Assembly: GCA_002441265.1 (NCBI GenBank)
Contig: DJVQ01000045.1
Span: 57,575 to 121,574, forward strand
DNA length: 64,000 nt
Source: Syntrophaceae bacterium UBA6252
Lineage (GTDB): Bacteria; Desulfobacterota; Syntrophia; Syntrophales; UBA6807
Direction: 5' to 3'
Part shown: piece after piece, positions 9,428 through 18,769 of the stretch
Layout of the letters: the number at the start of each line of letters is the position of its first letter
How positions within the stretch are numbered: position 1 is the first letter of the stretch
Notes under the pieces: model-generated
Database searches by the model: none
What the model saw: the letters and a program-made list of their open reading frames with translations, nothing else
Told to the model about the DNA's origin: nothing
Made by a program: the position numbers and the translations under genes

Positions 9428-11958
9428 ACCGTTCCTCCATGACAAGAATCGTGACGGGCATTCCTGCGTGCCTGGCCCTCATTGCCCTCGTCTCTGTCTG
9501 CGTGTACGGGAGAATCTTCGATTTCCCCTTCGTTTTCGACAGCATCGACCACCTTGTGAACAGGTCCTTCATCAAAAATCTCCTCAGGGATTTCCAATGG
9601 AACCTCCTTCTCAGCCCGAGGAACCTGGTCAACCTGACCTTCTCCCTGAATTATCGGATCGGAGGACTCGACGTTTTCGGTTATCACCTGGTGAACCTGG
9701 CCGTTCACGTCCTGAACGGTTTCGTGGTGTTCTTTCTCTCCGGAGCCATTCTGGAGAGGCTTTCAGCCTCTTCGCCGGGGCCCGGGGGGGAAGAGGAAGT
9801 CGTCACGCACAGGCTTGTCGCCCTCTTCGCCGCCCTCATTTTCGTCGCCCACCCCGTCCAGACACAGGCGGTGACCTACACGATCCAGCGCTATACCTCC
9901 ATGGCCGCGCTCTTCTACCTCTCGTCCCTCCTCTTCTACCTCAAGGCGCGGACTCCCGGTCCGGAAGGGGTGGGGCGCATCGTTTTTCTGTATTACGGGC
10001 TCTTCGCCCTTTTGGCGGCCCTCGCCTTTCTGTCCAAGCAGAATGCGGCGAGCCTGCCGCTGGCGGTGCTGGCCGTGGAATATTTCTTCGTCGACCGGAC
10101 GGGAAAAGGCTGGCTCAGGAAAATACCCTGGATCGCATTGGGGTTCGCCCTGTGGACGGCCTTCATTTTCCTGTCCCTCGGAGTGTTCGACTCCCTCTCC
10201 GGGGAAGGCGTCCTGGAGGACCTTGCCCGGAGGAGCATGGAAACGGAGCTTGTCAGCCGGTGGACCTATCTCCTCACCCAGTTCAACGTCCTCGTGGAAT
10301 ACCTCCGCTTGCTTGTTTTTCCCACCGGCCAGTCCGTCGACTACATCTACCCCTTCCACCGGACGTTCTTCTCCGGCTGGACGCCCCTGGCCTTTCTTTT
10401 TCTCCTCGCCCTCCTGGCGGCGGCGGTCGTTCTGAGGAAGAGGCTTACGCTCTTCTCGTTCGGGGTGTTCTGGTACTTCATCACCCTGTCGGTGGAGTCG
10501 AGCGTTTTTCCCATCCGGGATGCCCTCTTCGAACACCGCCTCTACCTTCCCCTGTTCGGGTTCGCCGTCGCCCTCTCCGACGGGTTGTTCCGAATCTTCC
10601 GGTGGAAGAGAGTCCCGGCCGTCGTTCTCCTGGCGGTTATCGTCGCCGCCCTTGCCGTCACCGCCCATGTTCGGAACGAGGTCTGGCGGGACGGGATAAC
10701 CCTGTGGACGGACGTCATCGAGAAAAATCCCAGGAATGCGCGGGCATGGAACAATCTCGCCACGGTCCTCGCAGACGCGGGCAGGCTGGAGGAAGCGGAA
10801 GAGGACCTGGAAAAAGCATTCAGGATCAAGCCGGGTTATGAACTCGCCCGGATCAATCTGGGATTCGTCCTCCTGAAGAGGGACAGGCCCGCGCAGGCAA
10901 GGGAGGTCTTCCTGTCGGTCCTGGAGAAATACCCTTCCGAACTCCGTACCCGGATGGGTCTGGGGGAAGCCCTCCGGAAGGAGGGACGGCTTGAGGAGGC
11001 GGCGGCGCAATTCGAGGAGGTCCTCCGGCTGGACCCGACCGAGGAGAAAGCCGGGGTGTTCCTTGCCGAAATCCAGTCAGCCCGGGGGGAGACGGGAAAG
11101 GCGGAAAAAAAGCTTGCCGACTTCATGAACAAGGATTCCGGGGACCCCTCCATCCTCACCGCCATGGGAAACCTGAAACGGCAGGCCGGCGACCGGGAAG
11201 GCGCCCTCCGGTATTATCGGGAGGCCGTCGGCGCCGATCCGCGGTCCGTCGAGGCCCGGCTCAACCTTGCCGCCATGATGACGGAGGAAAAACGCTATGA
11301 AGACGCCGAGAAGCTCCTTGCCGAGGTGATCCGGATCGATCCCGGCCACAGCCGGGCGAGAAGCGCCCTCGGGGCGATCCTCCTGGTCCGGGGGAAGCTT
11401 CCGGAAGCACGCCGGGCGTTCGAGGAGGCCCTCCGTATCGACGGTGAGAACGGTGAGGCCCTCTTCAACCTCGCCGCCCTCGCCGAAGGGGAAGGGGATC
11501 TCGCCGCCGCGGCGGATTTGTACGGGAAGGCGCTGAAGGTGGATCCCCGGGACTGGGAGGCTTCCCAGAACCTCGGGGGGATCCTCATGGCCCGGGGGGA
11601 CCTCCGGGGCGCCCGGCAGCGGTTTGAAGCGTCCCTCGAAGTACGTCCCCGGAATGCCGTTCTTCAGAACCGCCTGGCCATCGTTCTTGCGAGAATGGGG
11701 GATTTCGACGGTGCCCGTGCCCGTTACGAGAAGGCGCAGGAAATCGATCCCGCCCTGAAGGCGGTCGTCCGGTACAACCTGGCCTGTCTCGAGTCCCTCC
11801 GGAACAGGAGGGAAGCCGCCTTCCTGCTGCTGGAAGAGGCCTTCCAGGCCGGGTACAGGAACTGCCGGAACGCCATGACGGACCCCGACCTGGAAAACAT
11901 CAGGAGCTACCCCGGTTTCCCCGGCCTGATGAAACGGTACTGCGGCGGGGGATCCTGA
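9424..11958 (+). CDS. TMTC-like (GT-C) membrane protein with long TPR array, paralogue 2
   Basis: FVFDS, YHLVNLAVH, HPVQTQAVTYTIQR, KQ, EHRLYLP and RNEVWRD motifs; about 10 TPRs and a terminal YNLAC...DPDLENIR cap; ATGA overlap with paralogue 1. Confidence 0.8.
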   Translation: MNRSSMTRIVTGIPACLALIALVSVCVYGRIFDFPFVFDSIDHLVNRSFIKNLLRDFQWNLLLSPRNLVNLTFSLNYRIGGLDVFGYHLVNLAVHVLNGFVVFFLSGAILERLSASSPGPGGEEEVVTHRLVALFAALIFVAHPVQTQAVTYTIQRYTSMAALFYLSSLLFYLKARTPGPEGVGRIVFLYYGLFALLAALAFLSKQNAASLPLAVLAVEYFFVDRTGKGWLRKIPWIALGFALWTAFIFLSLGVFDSLSGEGVLEDLARRSMETELVSRWTYLLTQFNVLVEYLRLLVFPTGQSVDYIYPFHRTFFSGWTPLAFLFLLALLAAAVVLRKRLTLFSFGVFWYFITLSVESSVFPIRDALFEHRLYLPLFGFAVALSDGLFRIFRWKRVPAVVLLAVIVAALAVTAHVRNEVWRDGITLWTDVIEKNPRNARAWNNLATVLADAGRLEEAEEDLEKAFRIKPGYELARINLGFVLLKRDRPAQAREVFLSVLEKYPSELRTRMGLGEALRKEGRLEEAAAQFEEVLRLDPTEEKAGVFLAEIQSARGETGKAEKKLADFMNKDSGDPSILTAMGNLKRQAGDREGALRYYREAVGADPRSVEARLNLAAMMTEEKRYEDAEKLLAEVIRIDPGHSRARSALGAILLVRGKLPEARRAFEEALRIDGENGEALFNLAALAEGEGDLAAAADLYGKALKVDPRDWEASQNLGGILMARGDLRGARQRFEASLEVRPRNAVLQNRLAIVLARMGDFDGARARYEKAQEIDPALKAVVRYNLACLESLRNRREAAFLLLEEAFQAGYRNCRNAMTDPDLENIRSYPGFPGLMKRYCGGGS

Positions 11959-11962
11959 GGAC

Positions 11963-12055
11963 TGACGGCTTCGAAAGGCGCACGAAACGTGACGCTTGGG
12001 TCCGGAACGGCGGTCCAGCCTTCCGGGATTTTTCCCTTTGCCTCCCGAAAAAGCG
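11963..12055 (+). repeat. Degenerate copy of dispersed intergenic repeat (TGACGGCTT...TTTTTCCC...CGAAAA)
   Basis: Starts TGACGGCTTCGAAAGG and ends TTTTTCCCTTTGCCTCCCGAAAAAGCG, matching the termini of the copies at 40975 and 56598. Confidence 0.4.
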
Positions 12056-12235
12056 TCGTTCGGATTGCCCGCCGGCTCATCAGCGTTGGTCATATATGAC
12101 CCGCAGCGTTCCATCGTAGCCAGAAATGCCGGTCTTAAAGGAGGCCGGCACCCCCCCGGAGCCGCCGAAACGCCGGATCGCAGGATGCATCTGACAAACG
12201 ATTGGCCTGGCATGATCGTTGCTTCATATGAGGTC

Positions 12236-13696
12236 ATGAGAACGCGGTCGATCCACAAGGGCATCCTTTTTTTCATCCTTTTCATCCTCATGGCGGGGAC
12301 GGCATGGGGTGCCGTTGCGCCTTCAGAAGAGGAGCAGGCCCTTCTCGACCGAATCAATGCCGCCCGCCAGGCCCCCTTCGCTGCGGCCGCCGCGATCGGC
12401 ATCGATCCGCAGCAGCTTGCGGCGGCGCGGCCGGAGCTTCTGGAACTGCCGGAAGAAGGAATGTCCCAGCTCAAGTGGACGTCACTCCTTTCGGATACCG
12501 CGAAAGCCCACAACGAAGACATGCTCGCCCGGGGATACGTGGACCGTGTGAACCCCGAGGGACTGACGGCGGGGGATCGGGCGGCCGCGGCCGGCTACTG
12601 GGCCGTCTCCGTGGGCGAGTCCATCGGCCTGGTCGGTTTTGCCAACTTTCTTGCCCCCGATGCGGCCGTTTCGATTCTTTTCGAGAACATGCTCCGGGAA
12701 GAACTCCTGAATCCGTCGGATGAAAAGTGGAATCTTCTGAATCCCGGCTTTTCCGAGGTAGGCATCGCTGTCGGAACGGGAGTCCTCGAGTACGGGGGCT
12801 ACCTGTTCAACGTGTACATCGCCGTATGCGATTTCGGGGAGCCCTGCCGGGCAGGCTCCGAGGAGGAACTTTTCCTCGCGCTGGTGAACCAGGCCCGCTC
12901 GAATCCCGAGGGATTCCTCCTGTCCGTGGGTCTTTCGGCGGACCGCCTCATGCCGGACCTTCAGGAAGGGCTGGATGCCTTTTATGCCGGCATGCCCCCC
13001 CTCTTTCCCGTCAAAACCCTTTTCCAGGCGGCCAGGGCCCATGCCGTGGACATGCTCTCCGCCGGCTACTTCGCCGCCGATTCCCTCGACGGCAGGACCC
13101 CCATGGACCGGATCCTGGAAGCGGGGTACGAGGAAGCCGTGGAATCCGGCGAGACGAGGGGCCTTCTGGCCCTTTGCGGGGACCGGGTCCCCGCGGAACA
13201 GGTGAAGGCTTTCTTCCAGCGTTCGGCGATCGTCGAGTTGACCCGGACGGCGCCGGAAGACCGGCTGATCTTCAATCCTTCGCTGCGCGAAGCGGGCGTC
13301 GGGTTTGCCGAAGGGGATTCGGAGAGCCTCGGCGGCATCTGCGGGGACCATGTCGGCCTCCTGGTCGCAGAGTATGGCACGAGAATTGCAATAGAATCGG
13401 GCATTGTCGGTGTCGTTTTTTCCGATCTCGACGGGAACGGTCTTCTCGATCCCGGCGAGGCTCTTTCAGGCGTTGAGGTTACCATCTCCGGTTCAGACGT
13501 TACCCAGGTCCTCCTTACGGGGGAAGGGGGCGGCTTCCAGATCGTCCTTCCCGAGGGGCCGTACGAGGTTTCGGCGGCGGGAACGGACCCGGTGGAAAGC
13601 GTTGAACTGACGGTTCCCGGAAACGGGGAAAGCATTTTCATTCCCCTTTCCGTGACGGTCCCGGTCGATGAGATCGCGGCGGAAGAGAACGGGTAA
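12236..13696 (+). CDS. Secreted protein with two CAP (SCP) domains and a C-terminal SdrD-B/carboxypeptidase-regulatory-like beta domain
   Basis: GAGG RBS then ATG 12236 with a signal peptide (MRTRSIHKGILFFILFILMAGTAWG-A). Two repeats LLDRINAARQ/FLALVNQARS...AKAHNEDM/ARAHAVDM...NLLNPGFSEVGIA/LIFNPSLREAGVG. C-terminal GVVFSDLDGNGLLDPGEALSGVEV. Confidence 0.8.
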   Translation: MRTRSIHKGILFFILFILMAGTAWGAVAPSEEEQALLDRINAARQAPFAAAAAIGIDPQQLAAARPELLELPEEGMSQLKWTSLLSDTAKAHNEDMLARGYVDRVNPEGLTAGDRAAAAGYWAVSVGESIGLVGFANFLAPDAAVSILFENMLREELLNPSDEKWNLLNPGFSEVGIAVGTGVLEYGGYLFNVYIAVCDFGEPCRAGSEEELFLALVNQARSNPEGFLLSVGLSADRLMPDLQEGLDAFYAGMPPLFPVKTLFQAARAHAVDMLSAGYFAADSLDGRTPMDRILEAGYEEAVESGETRGLLALCGDRVPAEQVKAFFQRSAIVELTRTAPEDRLIFNPSLREAGVGFAEGDSESLGGICGDHVGLLVAEYGTRIAIESGIVGVVFSDLDGNGLLDPGEALSGVEVTISGSDVTQVLLTGEGGGFQIVLPEGPYEVSAAGTDPVESVELTVPGNGESIFIPLSVTVPVDEIAAEENG

Positions 13697-13703
13697 AAAG
13701 GTC

Positions 13704-13732
13704 TTGACAATTACGAAGAATTTCATTAGCGT
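13704..13732 (+). promoter_or_regulatory. Sigma70-like promoter upstream of the Cys-rich secreted protein
   Basis: Perfect -35 TTGACA (13704-13709), 17-bp spacer, -10 TAGCGT (13727-13732) in an AT-rich intergenic stretch. Confidence 0.6.
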
Positions 13733-13868
13733 TATCGCAATTTGACTTCTGGACTATAAAAAAGGAAAGGAGGGGGGTGCGGAAAGAAAGGATACAGCGG
13801 AATTCTCTGAGAGGTTTTGAATTTAGGGAAATATGTCAGGAAAACACTAAGAATTGGAGGAGAAAGAC

Positions 13869-14984
13869 ATGAAGAAAAGAATGGTATTCACGGCTCTTCT
13901 GGCGATGGTCCTCGCACTGTCCTTCGCCTGGACGGCCATGGCGGCGGATGACGCCTGCGTCGACTGCGGCAAGTGCCCTCTGCGCCAGATCGAGTGCTGT
14001 GTCAGCAGCGGCCAGGCAACGCCCTACACGAGCTATTTCGACTATGAAACGGGCTACGGCTACTGCGCCACGAGCGCCTATGACAAAGACTGCAAGGTCA
14101 TCTTCGACCTTTGTAACTGCGATTCCCCGAACACGAACTTCGTGTCCGGGAAGAAGATCGGCATCCGGATGGAAATCCTGACCTCCGGCGTTTACTGGAG
14201 CGATGTGTATCCCTCCATGATGGCCTACACGTCAGCCGCGCTTGCCTGCGCCGGCACGTCGACGACCTACAGCTATACGTGGACCGACATCGATTACTAT
14301 GACAAGGCCGGCAGCCCGACCTCGCCGGTTTCGATCAGCAACACCTCCTGCGAAGTTCCCTGCGACGCGATGGCAGTTGAACTCCAGAGCGCCAACGAAA
14401 CGGGATACGAGATTCCCGCCGAAATGGTCACCAATCAGGTGAAGTACTGGTGGATCGATGTTCCCCCGATGTTCCTCAATGATTCGGAAATCGAGGGCCG
14501 GGAAGGCGAAACCGTTACGATCGAAGTGTGCCTCCAGGGCGCCAGCGGCGGGATCTGCCGTGAGTGCAACGACATCTGCTGCTGCACCATCGACGTCGGC
14601 ACGCTGTGCTGCGAGTCTGGCGACCAGACCTGCATCTACTTCCCCTATGTCGTGACCGGAATCCAGCCCTGGTGGACTGGTGTTGCGATCGCGAACTACG
14701 GCGGAACCTCTTCGCTCGACCTGACGCTGACCCTGACCGACGCCACGGGCGCGAAGTTCACCTGGGTGAAGACCGGTCACACGGCGGCAATGTGGACCTT
14801 CATCCTCGACTCCGTCCTGGCCAACTTCAGTGGCACGCCGGCAGCCGGTGCGGCAATGCTGAAGGTTGAATCTGATCAGGGCTGGATCGACGGCTACAGC
14901 TTCCTCACCGACGGCACCTTCGGTGGTAGCACGCTGGCGAGAGGCTGCTGCACGATCTGCTTCGACTACAGCAAGCTTGACTAA
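13869..14984 (+). CDS. Cys-rich secreted protein, candidate major surface-layer protein
   Basis: GGAGGAG RBS, ATG 13869, Sec-pathway signal peptide MKKRMVFTALLAMVLALSFAWTAMA. 24 Cys counted; acidic and Thr/Ser-rich; C-terminal IYFPYVVTGIQPWWTGVAIAN domain; own promoter and terminator. Confidence 0.7.
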   Translation: MKKRMVFTALLAMVLALSFAWTAMAADDACVDCGKCPLRQIECCVSSGQATPYTSYFDYETGYGYCATSAYDKDCKVIFDLCNCDSPNTNFVSGKKIGIRMEILTSGVYWSDVYPSMMAYTSAALACAGTSTTYSYTWTDIDYYDKAGSPTSPVSISNTSCEVPCDAMAVELQSANETGYEIPAEMVTNQVKYWWIDVPPMFLNDSEIEGREGETVTIEVCLQGASGGICRECNDICCCTIDVGTLCCESGDQTCIYFPYVVTGIQPWWTGVAIANYGGTSSLDLTLTLTDATGAKFTWVKTGHTAAMWTFILDSVLANFSGTPAAGAAMLKVESDQGWIDGYSFLTDGTFGGSTLARGCCTICFDYSKLD

Positions 14985-15027
14985 TTACTGACCGCAACGA
15001 CACAAGCAAAGGTCAGTGAATGAATGG

Positions 15028-15067
15028 GAATGGGCAGGGTCTTCGAAAGGCCCTGCCCATTCTGTTT
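15028..15067 (+). terminator. Intrinsic terminator-like hairpin after the Cys-rich gene
   Basis: GAATGGGCAGGG-TCTTCGAAAGG-CCCTGCCCATTC followed by TGTTT. Confidence 0.7.
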
Positions 15068-15120
15068 CGGGCAGGCAAACGGAAGAAAAGGGGACAAAGA
15101 GCCCCGGCGGGGAATGGCCG

Positions 15121-15810
15121 ATGACCAGAACAGCGACCGCATTCTTCGGGGGAATCCTGATCGTTTTGATCGCGGCCTTTGCGGCATGGGGCGCGGAGGA
15201 AGGGACCGGCCCGTTCATGCCGTCATGGGAACCCGGGCAGACGTGGACGCTGCGGCTTGAAGCCGCGAAGTGGGAAAGCGGACAGGAAAACGGGAACGGC
15301 ACCGGAGCCATCCTCCTGCGGTACCGGGTCCGGGGAATGGAGGAAGCGGGAGGGGAGACCTGCTGGGCCGTGGAAGTTTCCGGGGAAGGGGCAGGCCTGT
15401 CTCTCGAGGCGACCCTTTTTTACCGGGCAGCGGATTTCTCCCTTTCCATCGCGGAAGTGACCCGAACCCGGATGGGGGAGACCGGCAGGGAGACATGGAC
15501 ATTTCCCAGGGAGGCGCCGGCGGTTGCGAAATTCGCGGACATTCCGCTGGAAACCCCCGTGTTTCCCCTCACGGCCCCGTCGAGAAAAACCTTCGAAATG
15601 GAAAGGCGGATCGGGAACGACCTTGCCTTTCGGGAGAAAGTGGTTCAGTCCGTGGATGCCGCCCCGGGGAACGGCCGGGCACCGTCCTATGAAGTGATCT
15701 GCAAGAACAAGGACGGGATCGTGCTGTTCGCCCAGCGCTGGGAAAAGGGCAAGCCCTGGGCCGTCGAGGGACATTCGGGGGACCGGAAATACAGGATGGA
15801 GGAGCCATGA
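15121..15810 (+). CDS. Secreted hypothetical protein (beta-rich)
   Basis: Signal-peptide-like N-terminus MTRTATAFFGGILIVLIAAFAAWG-A from ATG 15121; ATGA overlap with the next gene. Confidence 0.7.
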   Translation: MTRTATAFFGGILIVLIAAFAAWGAEEGTGPFMPSWEPGQTWTLRLEAAKWESGQENGNGTGAILLRYRVRGMEEAGGETCWAVEVSGEGAGLSLEATLFYRAADFSLSIAEVTRTRMGETGRETWTFPREAPAVAKFADIPLETPVFPLTAPSRKTFEMERRIGNDLAFREKVVQSVDAAPGNGRAPSYEVICKNKDGIVLFAQRWEKGKPWAVEGHSGDRKYRMEEP

Positions 15811-18230
15811 AAAGAGCGGGGGCGGTTTTTTTCCTGATTTCGTTTTTCCTCATCTTGAACGTCGGGGCGGGACAAGCGGACGCGCTGACCTATCAGGCGG
15901 ACAAACTTCCCTGGTCGGGGTGGTGGTGGCCCTTCGCACAGGGGGGGCTCGTTACGGGAACGGGTTACAACGGCCACCCGGCACCCCTGGAGAAGTACGA
16001 TCTCGTGACGTCCGGCGTGGCCAAGGGCCCGGCGACCCAGTACGGGCTTTCAGCTTATTACAACGCACTGGCCAAATCCTGGGAAGGGATGTGCTTCTGC
16101 TGGGCGGCGGCGGCCATGCTGGAGGAGGAGCCGGTTCACCGCGGGATTTACGGCGGCCTTCTCTTCGATGTGGGAGACAAGAAAGGCATCCTCACGGCGG
16201 TGTACGACGGCACCCTGTACAACTTCTACCCCATCGACGGTCCCGAGGATTTCCAGGAAATCCTGGAAACGTTCATCGGCAACCGGCGGTCCATGATCAT
16301 GATGGATCTCGGCACGGACGGGGAAATCTGGAACTATCCCGTGTACAAGTACGACATCGATTACACGGAGGATGGGAACACCAGGCATTACACGGTGACC
16401 ATCTATTTCGCCAGCGACACGGTGTCCCCCGACTATGTGGGATTGAGGGAAAGCATACGGACGTATCACTACTATTATGAACTTGACGGGACAGTCATCA
16501 CCGGAAGCGGCTGGGAGTCGGGAAGCGAATCGGAGCATCCGGTGAGCGCCGCCGACCCGTACGGCACCGCCTGCACCGATCCCGGACTGGATTACAGCCA
16601 TGCACGGGAAATCGTCTACACCGACGACGATCCTTACGAACCGAACGACGACTTTGACGCCGCCGCTTCCGTCACCAGCGGGGGGTACCTTCTCATCGCC
16701 GCGAACAACGACTACTTCCAGGTGGATCTCCGGACCGGCGACCGGCTCAGGATCCGGGTGGACATGGAGTCGCCCGGTGACGTGACGGTGAACGTCTACG
16801 ATCCCGCGCGGGCCAAGATCGGCATTGTCTGTGACGGATGTACGACCACAGCGGAGGCCCTCATGGCCGGAGCGTACGTGATCGAGGTCATCCCCGCCGA
16901 TCCTTCCGCGGAACCGGCCTATGAACTCTACCTGGAGCAGGCGCTTTCCTTCCGGGGCGTGTTCCCCAACGATCCTTCGGGCATCTGGGCCGGCGGTGTC
17001 ACGCTGACCGGCGACGGGGAGGCCCTGGGAAGGGTGATCCTCTGCCAGACCGACGAAGAAGGGAACCCCGAGCGAAGCTACAGCACCGAGGTGGAAGGAA
17101 GCTGCCTGGAGGGCCTTCTGGAGGCCTTCGGCCTTACCCCTTCCCTCGGAGGCTATATCCGCGTCGATTCGGACCGTCCCCTGGCGGGCATGTACACGAC
17201 GACGGACGGAAGCGACCTGCTCATGGGCTGCAATCTCGTCCCCCTCTCCCGGGCGTATCGGGAGATCGTCTTTCCGCACATCGCCTCCGTCTCCGGGTGG
17301 AACACCTATTTCGGATTCATGAACATGGGGGATTCCTCGGAGGAACTCGATCTCGTGGTGTACGACTCCTCCGGAGGCACCGTCACGAGCGAGCGCTGGG
17401 TGCTTGACCCGGGGGAAAAGGTGGAGGACGACCGCTTTACGGGTCTCTTTCCTTCCCGGGGTGCGTCCGTGTCGATTTCGACGCGGAGCGGGAATGACAC
17501 CCTTGTCGGGTACCTGGTCTACCAGCCCCCGCTTGCGACGTCGAAAGCGAGGGCCCTTCTTGCCGTGGAAGGCCCGCCGGCGTCGGAACTGCACCTCCCA
17601 CACGTGGCCGCAACGGGAGCGTGGTGGACGGGCATCTCCGTCATGAACGGGGGGACCGGTTCCGCCGATGTCGGCTTTTCCGCCTATGACAGCGAGGGGA
17701 CCCTCCTCGGTACGGTGTACCGCACCCTGGCGGCGAAGCAGACCCTCGTGTCCATGGCGGCCTACCTGTTCACGGGGGTGTTGCCGGAACGGATCGCGTC
17801 GCTGAAGATTTCAGGCGGGACGGGAGCGGAGCTCACCGGGCTCGTGGTCTACGGATCCCGGGACGGTCAGGCCCTGTCGGCCGCGCCCATGGCTTCGTCT
17901 TTCCCCGGGACCCTGTACGCCCCCTGGTGGTATGTTTCCGACACCTGGTGGGAGGGCCTCGCGGTGGTCCAGAGGGGAACGTCGCCGGTGACGGTCGTTT
18001 TCGATCTCATGGATGACACCGGAACCGTTCTCCGGCGGGTGACCAGGCTGCTGGAACCGGAGGAACGGATCATTGCCATGGCGGAAACCCTCTTCGGGAC
18101 CCCGGTGCCCGATGCCGCGAAAATCGTGCGTGTTTACGGAGGGGAAGCCCCCCTGAGCGGGATCTGCATCTTCGGAGCTTGTGACGGAAAACGTCTTTGC
18201 GGGGATCTCCTGCCCGGGATCGTCCCCTGA
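15807..18230 (+). CDS. Secreted multidomain protein: transglutaminase-elicitor-like N-domain, PPC-like domain, 3-4 repeats of a ~108-aa surface domain
   Basis: Signal peptide; PWSGWWWP, PLEKYD, WEGMCFCWAAAA, DKKGILT and IWNYPVY resemble the TGase_elicitor family; DDPYEPNDD...DYFQV resembles a pre-peptidase C-terminal domain; repeats at 17265, 17589 and 17913 (324-nt period). Confidence 0.65.
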   Translation: MKRAGAVFFLISFFLILNVGAGQADALTYQADKLPWSGWWWPFAQGGLVTGTGYNGHPAPLEKYDLVTSGVAKGPATQYGLSAYYNALAKSWEGMCFCWAAAAMLEEEPVHRGIYGGLLFDVGDKKGILTAVYDGTLYNFYPIDGPEDFQEILETFIGNRRSMIMMDLGTDGEIWNYPVYKYDIDYTEDGNTRHYTVTIYFASDTVSPDYVGLRESIRTYHYYYELDGTVITGSGWESGSESEHPVSAADPYGTACTDPGLDYSHAREIVYTDDDPYEPNDDFDAAASVTSGGYLLIAANNDYFQVDLRTGDRLRIRVDMESPGDVTVNVYDPARAKIGIVCDGCTTTAEALMAGAYVIEVIPADPSAEPAYELYLEQALSFRGVFPNDPSGIWAGGVTLTGDGEALGRVILCQTDEEGNPERSYSTEVEGSCLEGLLEAFGLTPSLGGYIRVDSDRPLAGMYTTTDGSDLLMGCNLVPLSRAYREIVFPHIASVSGWNTYFGFMNMGDSSEELDLVVYDSSGGTVTSERWVLDPGEKVEDDRFTGLFPSRGASVSISTRSGNDTLVGYLVYQPPLATSKARALLAVEGPPASELHLPHVAATGAWWTGISVMNGGTGSADVGFSAYDSEGTLLGTVYRTLAAKQTLVSMAAYLFTGVLPERIASLKISGGTGAELTGLVVYGSRDGQALSAAPMASSFPGTLYAPWWYVSDTWWEGLAVVQRGTSPVTVVFDLMDDTGTVLRRVTRLLEPEERIIAMAETLFGTPVPDAAKIVRVYGGEAPLSGICIFGACDGKRLCGDLLPGIVP

Positions 18231-18331
18231 GTCGGGCGGACGTTCATAAGGAAACGACGAAGCGAAGTCGCCGGACCGCGCGCCGCCCGGGCGGGTCCGG
18301 TGGATGCAATACACTCCCTTGGAGGATGACG

Positions 18332-18769
18332 ATGAAAGTTCGATGGCTTGCAGTGTCTCTTGCGTGCCTCTTTTTCTGTTCAGCCTGTGCGCACCTCTCC
18401 CTGAAATCGCCGACGGAGGAATCCCTGAGGGAAACCGTTGACAAGGTGTGGATGTCCAAAACGCAGCGGAAATGGGGTCCCGTCTATGACCAGGCAAACG
18501 AGGAATACAAGGCCCAGGTCGAAAGAGAGGATTTCATCCGGAGGGCCAATCTGAACGTGGTTTCCTATTCCATCCGGGAAATCCGGATGACCGGACCCGG
18601 CAAGGCCGCCGTGACGCTGGATTTCTCCGTGAACTTCACGGGGACGAGTTTTTCGGGAACGACCGAGGAAGAGTGGCTCTGGGAAAAGGGGGAGTGGCGG
18701 GTGAACATGATGCCCCAGTTGAACACCCCCTTCGGTTCCCTCGCGAAGCCGCCGGCGCCGAAGAAATGA
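18332..18769 (+). CDS. Lipoprotein, NTF2-like fold possible
   Basis: GGAGG RBS at 18321; MKVRWLAVSLACLFFCSA-C lipobox-like signal; C-terminal EEWLWEKGEWRV. Confidence 0.65.
   Translation: MKVRWLAVSLACLFFCSACAHLSLKSPTEESLRETVDKVWMSKTQRKWGPVYDQANEEYKAQVEREDFIRRANLNVVSYSIREIRMTGPGKAAVTLDFSVNFTGTSFSGTTEEEWLWEKGEWRVNMMPQLNTPFGSLAKPPAPKK

Noticed and set aside
13869..14984. Multiheme cytochrome or ferredoxin interpretation of the Cys-rich protein
   Set aside because: No CxxCH motif. CVDCGKCP lacks the full CxxCxxCxxxCP spacing, and the signal peptide is Sec-type rather than twin-arginine.
15068..15120. c-di-GMP-I riboswitch-like words (GGCAAAC...GAAA...GGGAC..AAAG)
   Set aside because: The bases flanking GAAA cannot form the P2 stem and no P3 is evident.
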